A stretch of 32,000 bases of DNA from Neisseria shayeganii 871 (lineage in GTDB: Bacteria > Pseudomonadota > Gammaproteobacteria > Burkholderiales > Neisseriaceae), in NCBI RefSeq assembly GCF_000226875.1, contig NZ_JH164926.1, positions 2,290,135 through 2,322,134 on the forward strand, in the 5' to 3' direction. The notes under the pieces were generated by a model. That model searched no databases. It had not been told where the DNA came from and worked only from the letters and a program-made list of their open reading frames with translations. The position numbers were made by a program, and so were the translations under genes. Shown here piece by piece: positions 9,801 through 17,976 of the stretch (its first letter is position 1; the number at the start of each line of letters is the position of its first letter).

Positions 9801-11495
9801 TTAGGGCATATGGGGATATTTTGCAAAAGTCTCAGGATGTGTTGTTGGTGTTGTTTCATGCCTGTGGCAAGCACGGTAATAGGCAATCAGCGCGGCGGTG
9901 GAGGCATCGTGCGGACCGCCCGCTGTTCCGCCCAACTCCGGCAGGATATGCTTGGCCAACACCTTGCCGTATTCCACCCCCCATTGATCAAAAGAATTGA
10001 TGCCCCAGACCGCGCCTTGTACGAACACCTTGTGCTCATACAGCGCCAACAGCATGCCCAAATAATACGGGTTGATCCGCTCAACGGCAAAGAGGTTGCT
10101 CGGGCGGTTGCCGGGAAACGTCTGCTGCTTCGCCAAGCAGCTTTTTTCTGCTTCCGACAAACCGCAGCCGTCCAGCGCCGCCAAGGCTTCGGCCTCAGTT
10201 TTGCCGCACATCAAGGCTTCGGCCTGCGCCAAGGCGTTGGCCACCAGCGCGGCATGGTGGCCCTCCAGCGGCGAATCGCCGTGCATGGGCACAATAAAGT
10301 CCAAAGGAATCAGGTCGCTACCCTGATGCACCAGCTGCATGAAGGCATGCTGGCAGTTCACCCCTTCCTCACCCCACACCACCACGCCGGTGCGGCAGCC
10401 GGCCGCGTCGCCGCTGCGGCAGCGCGCTTTACCGTTGCTTTCCATGTCGAGCTGCTGCAAATGGGCGGGGAAACGGCGCAAACCGTGATGGTAGGGAATC
10501 ACCGCATGGCTGGCCGCGCCGTGGAAGTTCTGCTGCCAGATGCCGATCAGGGCGGCCAATACGGGCATATTGTGCCGCCACGGGGTATGGAAAAAATGCG
10601 TGTCCATGCGGTGTGCGCCGCGCAGGAAATCGCGGAAATGGTCGCTGCCCACGGCACACATCAAGGGCAGGCCGATGGAAGACCATACGGAATAGCGTCC
10701 GCCTACCCAATCGAACATGGCAAACACGCGCTCGGCATCTATGCCGAAGGCTTGCGCGGCGGGCACATTGGCGGAAACGGCAGCAAAATGGCGGGCGATA
10801 TCGCCCTCGCTCCGACCTTGGCTCAGAAACCAACGGCGGGCGGCCTGCGCGTTGAGCAGGGTATCCTGGGTGCCGAACGATTTGCTCGCCACGATAAATA
10901 GCGTGCTTTCCGCATCCAAGCTGGCCAGGGTTTGACACAAATCCGCGCCGTCGATATTGGCGACAAAATGGACATTGAGTGCCTGCCGGTAGGGCTGCAA
11001 GGCCAGCACGGCCATGCGCGGGCCGAGATCCGAGCCGCCCACGCCGATGTTGACCACATCGGTTATCCGCTTGCCGGTGCAGCCCAGATAGCGGCCTTGG
11101 TTCAGGCTGTCGGCAAATGCCAGCGCGCGCCGCAGTTCGCGGTGCACCAGCGGCACGATGTTTTCGCCGTCCACGCAAACCGGCTCGGCGTTTTCAGGTA
11201 GCCTCAACGCGGTGTGCAAAACGGCACGCCGCTCGCTCTCGTTGATTTTATCGCCGCGGCGCATGGCATCGCGCTGCCCGGCCAAGCCGCATTCGTCGGC
11301 CAGACGGCACAGCAGGGCCAGCGTGTCTTCACCGATGCGGTTTTTGCTGTAATCAAACAACAGGCCGTCCAAACGCTCGTGCAGACGCTCGAAGCGGTCG
11401 GGTTCGGCAGCGAAACGGTCGCGCAGATGCAGGTGGCGGGTGGCCTGAAAATGTTCGTTCAGAGCCTGCCAGGCAGGAAGGCGGGTCGGGTTCAT
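9801..11495 (-). CDS. pgi: Glucose-6-phosphate isomerase
   Basis: 564 aa. Has DWVGGRYSVWSSIGL, the QQLDMESNGK-type block (LQQLDMESNGK) and WGINSFDQWGVEYGK, all diagnostic PGI motifs. The C-terminal tail overlaps a repeat-terminus remnant (9811-9833). Confidence 0.95.
   Translation of the reverse strand: MNPTRLPAWQALNEHFQATRHLHLRDRFAAEPDRFERLHERLDGLLFDYSKNRIGEDTLALLCRLADECGLAGQRDAMRRGDKINESERRAVLHTALRLPENAEPVCVDGENIVPLVHRELRRALAFADSLNQGRYLGCTGKRITDVVNIGVGGSDLGPRMAVLALQPYRQALNVHFVANIDGADLCQTLASLDAESTLFIVASKSFGTQDTLLNAQAARRWFLSQGRSEGDIARHFAAVSANVPAAQAFGIDAERVFAMFDWVGGRYSVWSSIGLPLMCAVGSDHFRDFLRGAHRMDTHFFHTPWRHNMPVLAALIGIWQQNFHGAASHAVIPYHHGLRRFPAHLQQLDMESNGKARCRSGDAAGCRTGVVVWGEEGVNCQHAFMQLVHQGSDLIPLDFIVPMHGDSPLEGHHAALVANALAQAEALMCGKTEAEALAALDGCGLSEAEKSCLAKQQTFPGNRPSNLFAVERINPYYLGMLLALYEHKVFVQGAVWGINSFDQWGVEYGKVLAKHILPELGGTAGGPHDASTAALIAYYRACHRHETTPTTHPETFAKYPHMP
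9811..9833. repeat. Solo terminus remnant of the MITE-like repeat
   Basis: TGGGGATATTTTGCAAAAGTCTC resembles the right terminus TGGGGGTTTTGCAAAGGTCTC. It overlaps the last codons of pgi. Confidence 0.5.
11193..11204 (-). repeat. DUS inside the pgi coding sequence
   Basis: Exact TTCAGGTAGCCT. Confidence 0.85.
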
Positions 11496-11523
11496 GGCTC
11501 AATATTAGGAAGATATGGAAAGC

Positions 11524-11552
11524 AGGCTACCTGAAACCGTTTCAGGTAGCCT
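11524..11552. terminator. DUS inverted pair downstream of orn
   Basis: AGGCTACCTGAA-accgt-TTCAGGTAGCCT, between the orn stop (11565) and the pgi start (11495). Confidence 0.75.
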
Positions 11553-11564
11553 GCCGCAAGCGGT

Positions 11565-12131
11565 TTACTCGGCGGGCGCAGCCGGCTCGGGCAGGCGGAT
11601 AAAGTGGGTGCGGTAATGGCGCAGCTCTTCGATGCTTTCCAAAATATCGTCCAGCGCTTTGTGCGAGCCTTTTTTGACCACGCTTTTATACACTTGCGGA
11701 TGCCAGCGGCGGGCCAGCTCTTTCAGGGTGGAGACATCGAGATTGCGGTAGTGGAACCACGCTTCCAGCTGCGGCATGTGGCGGGCCATGAAGCGACGGT
11801 CTTGGTGGATGGTGTTGCCGCACATCGGCGTGCTGTTCTGCGGAATCCAAGCCGACAAAAACGCCAACAGCCGCCGCTCCACTTCCTGCTCGCTGAAAGA
11901 CGAGTCTTTCACCCGCTGGGTGAGACCGGTGCGGGCGTGGGTGGCGGTGTTCCAAGCGTCCATATTGTCCAGCACTTCATCGCTTTGATGGATGGCATAC
12001 ACGTCCGACTGCGCCAGCACATTCAGTTCGCTGTCGGTAATGATCATCGCCACTTCGATGATTTTGTCGCGGTCGGGGTCGAGGCCGGTCATTTCCATGT
12101 CCAGCCAACACAGATGATTGGGGTTCTGCAC
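11565..12131 (-). CDS. orn: Oligoribonuclease
   Basis: 188 aa. GTG start at 12129-12131 preceded by [27 protein letters not shown] DEDDh exonuclease motif I, and H..LDDI near the C-terminus. Confidence 0.92.
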   Translation of the reverse strand: MQNPNHLCWLDMEMTGLDPDRDKIIEVAMIITDSELNVLAQSDVYAIHQSDEVLDNMDAWNTATHARTGLTQRVKDSSFSEQEVERRLLAFLSAWIPQNSTPMCGNTIHQDRRFMARHMPQLEAWFHYRNLDVSTLKELARRWHPQVYKSVVKKGSHKALDDILESIEELRHYRTHFIRLPEPAAPAE

Positions 12132-12140
12132 GCAATTTCC

Positions 12141-12488
12141 TTATTCTGATTCTGTTTGGGTGGTCATCAGCATCACCGTCAGCTGTTGCGGCTGGCGGCC
12201 GAAGGTCTGCTGCACGGCAGTGCGCACGGCGGCATCCACTTCGCCTACCGTGCGTCCGGCAACCTGTCCCGGCTCCAATACCACCATCACCTGCATCAGC
12301 TCGCCGTTCAACATATTCACCACCACCGAAGCATCGGCGCCGAGCGAGGCCTTGAGCGCTTCGGCCACCTTCTCGCCCTGCTCGCCGGATGCCAGCACCT
12401 GCTGCTGCAACTGCTCCACTTGGCCGCAGCCGGCCGGCAACACAGCCAGCAACAGCGCACCGCCGAGGGCGGCAAAAGCATTCTTCAT
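12141..12488 (-). CDS. Hypothetical lipoprotein (115 aa)
   Basis: The internal ATG at 12486-12488 gives MKNAFAALGGALLLAVLPAGC, a signal peptide plus lipobox-like cysteine. The longer track ORF (to 12617) has no signal-like N-terminus. Sits 10 nt upstream of orn on the same strand. Confidence 0.6.
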   Translation of the reverse strand: MKNAFAALGGALLLAVLPAGCGQVEQLQQQVLASGEQGEKVAEALKASLGADASVVVNMLNGELMQVMVVLEPGQVAGRTVGEVDAAVRTAVQQTFGRQPQQLTVMLMTTQTESE

Positions 12489-12623
12489 CGCGGATTCCGC
12501 CAAACAAAAGAGCGCATTGTAGCCGATAAGCGCGGGCAGGTCTAAACACCGCCGCCCGCCGGCTTTACCTTTCGCGGCAGACAGGCCACAATTCGGGCTA
12601 CCTGAAACACCGAACACACTGCC

Positions 12624-13256
12624 ATGGCCTTACATATCGAAATCCTGCCCGTCACCCCCTTCCTGCAAAACTGCGCCCTCTTATGGGACGACGAAAGCCG
12701 CGAAGCCGTGCTGACCGACGTCGGCGGCGAAGCCGACCGCCTGCTGGCCGAAGCGGCCAAACGCCAATTGGTTCTGAAGGGCGTCTGGCTCACCCACGGC
12801 CATGTCGATCACGTCGGCGGCGTGGCCGACCTCACCGCCAAAGTTCCCTTGCCCGTATCCGGCCCGCACATCGACGACACCTTCTGGCTGGACGGCTTGC
12901 CCGAGGCCACCGCCGCTTACCGCTTTCCCCATTCCCCCGCCATCCGCCCCGACAGCTGGCTCAACGAAGGCGACGAGCTGAGCGTGGGCCGCTACCGCTT
13001 CCAAGTGCTGCACATTCCCGGCCACACGCCCGGGCATGTGGTGTTTTATTGCGCCGAAGAAAAACTGCTGATTGCCGGCGACGTGCTGTTTTACGAATCC
13101 ATCGGCCGCACCGATTTCCCGCGCGGCAACCACGCCGACCTCATCCGCAACATCCGCGAAAAACTGCTGGTCTTGCCCGAAGACGTACGCGTGCTGCCCG
13201 GTCACGGCGCGATGACCACCATCGGCCACGAGAAACGGCACAACCCCTTTCTGTAA
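12624..13256 (+). CDS. MBL-fold metallo-hydrolase (glyoxalase II / YcbL-like)
   Basis: 210 aa. THGHVDHVGG (HxHxDH) zinc motif, HIPGHTPGH, and GDVLF...GRTDFP. Confidence 0.88.
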   Translation: MALHIEILPVTPFLQNCALLWDDESREAVLTDVGGEADRLLAEAAKRQLVLKGVWLTHGHVDHVGGVADLTAKVPLPVSGPHIDDTFWLDGLPEATAAYRFPHSPAIRPDSWLNEGDELSVGRYRFQVLHIPGHTPGHVVFYCAEEKLLIAGDVLFYESIGRTDFPRGNHADLIRNIREKLLVLPEDVRVLPGHGAMTTIGHEKRHNPFL

Positions 13257-13444
13257 AATTTAAGCGGGCAACTGTGAAAAAACGGCCGGCTTGTCACAGC
13301 AAAGCCGCCGCAGGGGGTAAATTCCGGTTAAATGGCCTTTCGCTGCACCGGCGCCTGCATTAGCATGGCCCGCCATGAACTCGGCGCCCCTTCAACACAT
13401 CCTGGGGCGTTGAGACTTTTTCCACACCCAACAGGAGTGTTTAC

Positions 13445-13840
13445 ATGAACATGAAAACTTTGATTCTGCCCGCTTCCCTGGCTTTGGTATTGGCTGCTTG
13501 CGGTACCACTTACCACGGCAACCAGGGCCATCAAGGCCACCAAGGCCATCACCACGGCCACGCCCACCAAGGTCAAGCCGGCCAAGCCGAAAACTTCAGC
13601 TGCCGCAACGGCCTGTCCGTTACCGTACGCCACCTCGGCAATGACCGCGTTGAGCTGCGCTTGGACGACAAACAAACCGTGATGAGCGCCGCCGTTTCCG
13701 GCTCCGGCGAACGCTATGTTTCCACCAGCGGCCTGTTTGGCAGCGGTGCCGAATGGCATCAAAAAGGCGGCGATGCGGCCTTCAGCTTTAAAGATCCTTA
13801 CGGCAACGCCGTGGACACCACTTGCAGCCGCCGTCGATAA
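13445..13840 (+). CDS. mliC: MliC-family lipoprotein (C-type lysozyme inhibitor-like) with a His/Gln/Gly-rich linker
   Basis: 131 aa. Lipoprotein signal LALVLAAC. MliC-like core: FSCRNG..V.V....DRVELRL......M.AAVSGSGERYVS....GSGAEWHQKG..A.F........VDTTC. AGGAG RBS before ATG 13445. Confidence 0.7.
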   Translation: MNMKTLILPASLALVLAACGTTYHGNQGHQGHQGHHHGHAHQGQAGQAENFSCRNGLSVTVRHLGNDRVELRLDDKQTVMSAAVSGSGERYVSTSGLFGSGAEWHQKGGDAAFSFKDPYGNAVDTTCSRRR

Positions 13841-13869
13841 ACGATAAACCGGCCGGCCGGTCTTCAAAA

Positions 13870-13899
13870 AGGCTACCTGAAAACACTTTCAGGTAGCCT
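13870..13899. terminator. DUS inverted pair; bidirectional terminator between mliC-like gene and fxsA
   Basis: AGGCTACCTGAA-aacact-TTCAGGTAGCCT, flanked by an A-run and a T-run, between convergent genes. Confidence 0.8.
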
Positions 13900-13921
13900 T
13901 TTACCTAAAAAGCACAGGCGG

Positions 13922-14386
13922 TCAGCGGGTTTTGTCTTCCAAAGCGTTCTGCTCTTCCGTCTGCGTTTGCTGCTGCGGGCGCACGGTTTGGAAATCGCCG
14001 TCAATCACATCATCCGGCTGATGGCCAAAACGGCGGTCGAAACCGCGCCCGGTTTGTACCGCCGCCGGGCCGCCTTTGATCGGCAGCAGCAGCACCAAAG
14101 CCACAACCGTGGAGGCAAAACCCGGCGACATCAGCATCAATGCCGCCACAATGTAACGCAGCGGCCACAGCAATTGGTAAAACGACACCTTGCCCTGCCG
14201 GCCGAACAAAGAGCCGGCCAGCATCACCGAAGAAAAACCGAGATTGCGCAACATCAACAGGCCGGCCGCAAACGATAAAGCCATCAGCAGCAAGGTGGGC
14301 AGCCCGCCCAACCAGTCGGCCATCAACACGATGGAAGCCACTTCCGCCAGCAACAGCGCCAGCAAAGCAAGTCCGAAATACGGCAT
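13922..14386 (-). CDS. fxsA: FxsA family membrane protein
   Basis: 154 aa. N-terminal pattern LLLAEVASIVLMADWLG..PTLLL...SFAAGLLMLR, three hydrophobic helices and a charged tail, as in FxsA/UPF0716 proteins. Confidence 0.8.
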   Translation of the reverse strand: MPYFGLALLALLLAEVASIVLMADWLGGLPTLLLMALSFAAGLLMLRNLGFSSVMLAGSLFGRQGKVSFYQLLWPLRYIVAALMLMSPGFASTVVALVLLLPIKGGPAAVQTGRGFDRRFGHQPDDVIDGDFQTVRPQQQTQTEEQNALEDKTR

Positions 14387-14749
14387 GGAGTTTCTTTCTT
14401 TGAGGATTCAGGGCGCTACTATAAGCGCAAACCGGCAAATTTCAAGCGTTCTCGCCGTTGCGTGGGTAGAAAATACCGCTGCGTATAGTATGATTCGGTC
14501 TGCCCCTTCCGGCAGACCGAGCAACTGCCGAACAGGCGGATAGCCCAGGCCTTCCTTTCTTGCGCAGCGGTTTTCCGAGACAACACCGCCGATACCCGGC
14601 GCAAATGCGCGCAAGACGGAACATCAGGGGCCAGGCATCAGATGCCATTGCTGGCCGAATGCCGCCGCCGAGAGATCAAACAGGTTCTGAAACCTATGCA
14701 ACCTCCTCCCGCCGCGGAGCACACAGCAACCAGACTACGGAGTACCTTA

Positions 14750-15430
14750 ATGAATTTTTTCCGCAACCTTGTCAGCGGCCTCTCCTGCGCCGCCCTATTG
14801 GCGGCTTGTGCCGGCACGCCGGCGCCCGGCGGCAGCGGCGCCGTACCCGAAGGCCATTACCGTGTCCAACGCGGCGACACCCTCTACCGCATCGGCCAGC
14901 GCTTCGGCCAATCCGCCGCCACGCTGGCGGCTTGGAACCAGCTGCGCGATCCGTCGCAAATCGAAGTCGGTCAGATTTTGCGCGTGCGCCCACAAGGCCG
15001 CAGCAGCAGCAACACCGCCCGCAGCGGCAATGTCAGCGTCAGCCGCCCGACCAGCCGCACCGCCGCCCCCAGCCGTTTGCAATGGCCGGTGCGCGGCGAC
15101 ATTCTCTCCCGCTTCAACGGCACCTCCAATAAAGGCATCGACATCGGCGGCCAAGCCGGCACGCCGGTGCAGGCCGCGGCCGCCGGTCGGGTGAGTTATG
15201 CCGGCGAAGGCCTGCGCGGCTACGGCAAACTGATTCTGATCAATCATGGCGGCGGCATGCTGACCGCTTACGCCCACAACCAAAGCCTGCAGGTGCGCGA
15301 AGGCGAGCAGGTGTCCGCCGGACAAACCATCGCGCGCATGGGCGACACCGGCACCGACCGCGTCAAACTGCACTTTGAAGTGCGCCTCAACAACCGCGCC
15401 GTCAACCCATTGGACTACCTGCCCAATTAA
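14750..15430 (+). CDS. nlpD: LysM-domain M23 peptidase lipoprotein (NlpD-like)
   Basis: The internal ATG 14750 gives MNFFRNLVSGLSCAALLAAC (lipoprotein signal). Has a LysM domain (YRVQRGDTLYRIGQRFGQS...LAAWNQL) and an M23 domain (GIDIGG..GTPV.AAAAG.V..AG....GYGKLILINHG....TAYAHN). Confidence 0.9.
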   Translation: MNFFRNLVSGLSCAALLAACAGTPAPGGSGAVPEGHYRVQRGDTLYRIGQRFGQSAATLAAWNQLRDPSQIEVGQILRVRPQGRSSSNTARSGNVSVSRPTSRTAAPSRLQWPVRGDILSRFNGTSNKGIDIGGQAGTPVQAAAAGRVSYAGEGLRGYGKLILINHGGGMLTAYAHNQSLQVREGEQVSAGQTIARMGDTGTDRVKLHFEVRLNNRAVNPLDYLPN

Positions 15431-15453
15431 ATTTGGCCATTTGCCGTAGCGCT

Positions 15454-15465
15454 TTCAGGTAGCCT
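15454..15465 (-). repeat. DUS, single, downstream of nlpD
   Basis: Exact TTCAGGTAGCCT, 24 nt after the nlpD stop. Confidence 0.85.
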
Positions 15466-15492
15466 GCCGACCATCCCGTTTTCCGACTCAGG

Positions 15493-15668
15493 GAAACCTT
15501 TGCAAAACCGCCAGATGTGGATGCCGTTCAAGGGGGAGCAGCGCAGCGGGCGTAAACGCCAGGAATCCCTGTAGGACAAACATATCGCACGATAGACAAC
15601 GAACAGTACCCCTAAGGGCATAAACGCACAACGCAGAAATCCGCCGCAGACGGGGGCTTATCAAGGTC
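15493..15668. repeat. MITE-like repeat, copy D (diverged)
   Basis: GAAACCTTTGCAAAACCGCCAGATGTGGATGCCGTTCAAGG... aligns with copy B along its length with scattered substitutions. The distal terminus is degenerate. Confidence 0.75.
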
Positions 15669-15670
15669 AA

Positions 15671-15682
15671 AGGCTACCTGAA
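15671..15682 (+). repeat. DUS, single, abutting MITE copy D
   Basis: Exact AGGCTACCTGAA. Confidence 0.85.
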
Positions 15683-15742
15683 AGCCCCGCCGCTGATATA
15701 TGATGGCGCCGTTTTGTTTTCATCCGACTGGGAGCCGACCCC

Positions 15743-16246
15743 ATGCCCGCCTGGACCCCCCCCGATTTCGAACAAAAAATCTGCCCGCCCGACGAACTGG
15801 CGGCCCGACTTGCCCGTCTGCCGCGCCCGCTGGTGATGACCAACGGCTGCTTCGACATCCTACACCGCGGCCACGCCACCTATCTGGCTCAAGCCCGGGC
15901 CTTGGGCGCGTGCTTGGTGCTGGCCTTGAACACCGACGCCTCGGTGCGCCGCCTGGGCAAAGGCAGCGACCGCCCCATCAATACCCTGGCCGACCGTGCC
16001 GCCGTGGCCGCCGCATTGGCCAGCGTCGATTTGGTGACTTGGTTCGACGACGACACCCCCGCCGCCCTCATCGAAACCGTCCGCCCCGATATTTTGGTCA
16101 AAGGCGGCGACTGGCTACCTGAAAACATCGTCGGCGCCGCGGAAACCCTAGCCCGCGGCGGCCAAGTTCACTCCATCCCCTTCCTGCACCCCACCTCCAC
16201 CACCCAAACCCTGGCCAAAATCCGCGCCTCGGAGCAGGCATCATGA
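15743..16246 (+). CDS. hldC: D-glycero-beta-D-manno-heptose 1-phosphate adenylyltransferase (RfaE domain II type)
   Basis: 167 aa. MTNGCFDILHRGH cytidylyltransferase motif and LNTDASVRRLKG-like block. Its stop overlaps the next start (ATGA at 16243-16246). Confidence 0.9.
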   Translation: MPAWTPPDFEQKICPPDELAARLARLPRPLVMTNGCFDILHRGHATYLAQARALGACLVLALNTDASVRRLGKGSDRPINTLADRAAVAAALASVDLVTWFDDDTPAALIETVRPDILVKGGDWLPENIVGAAETLARGGQVHSIPFLHPTSTTQTLAKIRASEQAS

Positions 16247-17976
16247 TGCAGGCCGCACACTGGCAGCTGCTGGCCGAGCTGGCCGACGGCACCTCCCACC
16301 ACGTGACCGAGCTGGCCAAGCGCCTAGGGGTCAAGCCGCCGCAGCTCAACGGCTTCTGGCAGCAGATGCCGCCGCACATCCGCGGCCTGCTGCGCCAGCA
16401 AGACGGCCGCTGGCGGCTGGTGCGCAGCCTCGCCATTTGGGACGCCAAACGGCTTCAGCAGCAGGCATTGCAGCACGGCTGGCAAGCCGAGCTGCTGCAT
16501 GAGCATCCCTCCAGCAACACTTACCTGATGGAGCAAGCCAAAAGGCTACCTGAAAGCATCCACCGCCAAGCGGTGTTCGTCCACCGCCAAACCCACGGCC
16601 GCGGGCGACAGGGCAAAAGCTGGGAAAGCCGCTTGGGCGAATGCCTCACCTTCAGCATCGGCTGGTATTTCGACTGCCCGCAAACCGCTTTGGGCGGGTT
16701 GGCGCTGGTGACCGCACTGGCCTGCTGCCGCGCCCTGCAAAAAGCCGGCGTGGCGGCGCAAATCAAGTGGCCGAACGACCTGGTGGTCGGCGGCGAAAAA
16801 CTCGGCGGCATCCTCATCGAAACCGTCGCCCACCAAGGGCGCACCGCCGCCGTGGTGGGCATCGGCATCAATTTCGTGCAGCCCAAAACCGTGGCGGCGG
16901 CCTCGGCGGTGCAAACCCAGTCCCAGCAAACCGGCGCCCACCATTTGGCCGACCAGCTGCTCGCCGAACTGGCCGCCATTTTCCCCCGTTTCGAACAACA
17001 CGGTTTACAACCCTTTTTGGACGACTACCACGCCCTGCACCGCGACCAAAACCGCCCGGTGCGCCTGTTGCACAACGGCGAGGCAGTGCTTGAAGGCACT
17101 GCCTTGGGCGTGGATGGCGGCGGCGCACTGCACATCCGCGACGCAGCCGGCAAAGAACACACCGTGGTCAGCGGCGAAATCAGCCTGCGGCCGCTGCACG
17201 AAGGCGAACCAAGCGCGCACACGCCCCCGGCCGGCAAATGCCTGCTTTTGGATGCCGGCAACAGCAAGCTGAAATGGGCCTGGCTGGAAAACGGCCGCTT
17301 GGGGGCGGCCAATAAAGCCCCGTATTGGGATTTATCGGCCTTAGCCGAAAGCTGGCGCCAGCACGGCGGCGAAACAGTGCGCATTGTCGGCTCCGCCGTT
17401 TGCGGCTCAGTCAAAAAAGCCGCCGTCGCCGAAGCACTGGGGCAAACGCCCGAATGGCAAACCTCCATGTCTGCTGCCTTGGACATCCGCAACCATTACC
17501 GCCATGTAGAGGAACACGGCGCCGACCGCTGGTTCAACATACTGGGCAGCCGCCTGTTCAGCCAACATGCCTGCGTGGTGGTGAGCTGCGGCACGGCGGT
17601 CACCATCGACGCCCTCAGCGCCGACAACCATTACCTAGGCGGCAACATCATGCCCGGCTTCAACCTGATGAAAGAAGCCATGGCCCTGCATACCGCCAAC
17701 CTCAACCGCCCCATCGGCCGACCTTATCCTTTCGGCACCACCACCGCCAACGCGCTGGCCGGCGGCATGTCGGATGCCGTTTGCGGCGCCGTCATGCTGA
17801 TGCACCGCCGCCTGCAACAGAAACACCCCGGCCAGACGGTGGACATCATCATCACCGGCGGCGGCGCAAACAAGGTAAAACAAGGATTACCCGAAGACTT
17901 TGCTTTGGACAACCCTATTCAAATTGTGGATAATCTCGTGCTTTACGGATTACTCAACTGGGTGAATCAGGCATGA
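16243..17976 (+). CDS. birA: Fusion protein: biotin-[acetyl-CoA-carboxylase] ligase BirA (with N-terminal HTH) plus type III pantothenate kinase CoaX
   Basis: 577 aa. The N-terminal half has the BirA motif QTHGRGRQGKSWES and KWPNDLV. The C-terminal ~250 aa starts LLLDAGNSKLKWAW and ends with GGGA, which are type III PanK (Baf) motifs. Confidence 0.88.
   Translation: MMQAAHWQLLAELADGTSHHVTELAKRLGVKPPQLNGFWQQMPPHIRGLLRQQDGRWRLVRSLAIWDAKRLQQQALQHGWQAELLHEHPSSNTYLMEQAKRLPESIHRQAVFVHRQTHGRGRQGKSWESRLGECLTFSIGWYFDCPQTALGGLALVTALACCRALQKAGVAAQIKWPNDLVVGGEKLGGILIETVAHQGRTAAVVGIGINFVQPKTVAAASAVQTQSQQTGAHHLADQLLAELAAIFPRFEQHGLQPFLDDYHALHRDQNRPVRLLHNGEAVLEGTALGVDGGGALHIRDAAGKEHTVVSGEISLRPLHEGEPSAHTPPAGKCLLLDAGNSKLKWAWLENGRLGAANKAPYWDLSALAESWRQHGGETVRIVGSAVCGSVKKAAVAEALGQTPEWQTSMSAALDIRNHYRHVEEHGADRWFNILGSRLFSQHACVVVSCGTAVTIDALSADNHYLGGNIMPGFNLMKEAMALHTANLNRPIGRPYPFGTTTANALAGGMSDAVCGAVMLMHRRLQQKHPGQTVDIIITGGGANKVKQGLPEDFALDNPIQIVDNLVLYGLLNWVNQA
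16543..16554 (+). repeat. DUS inside the birA/coaX coding sequence
   Basis: Exact AGGCTACCTGAA. One-mismatch copies also occur at 4958-4969, 12595-12606 and 16112-16123. Confidence 0.85.

Noticed and set aside
9810-10901. 363-aa plus-strand ORF
   Set aside because: It lies entirely antisense to pgi, which carries diagnostic PGI motifs. The product is Arg/Ala/Gly-rich with no domain signature.
12683-13363. 226-aa Arg/Pro-rich plus-strand ORF
   Set aside because: It is an alternative frame of the MBL-hydrolase gene, which has the HxHxDH motif. The extreme Arg/Pro content is a GC-rich off-frame artefact. The same reasoning applies to the many Arg/Pro-rich ORFs in 14560-15200, 16640-17930 and 17978-18450.
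14520-14575. RNase P RNA-like motif on the minus strand (GGAAGGCCTGGGCT vs the universal GGAAAGTCCGGGCT)
   Set aside because: There are three mismatches in a block that is almost invariant in bacterial RNase P RNA. None of the other conserved regions is present in the 363-bp spacer.
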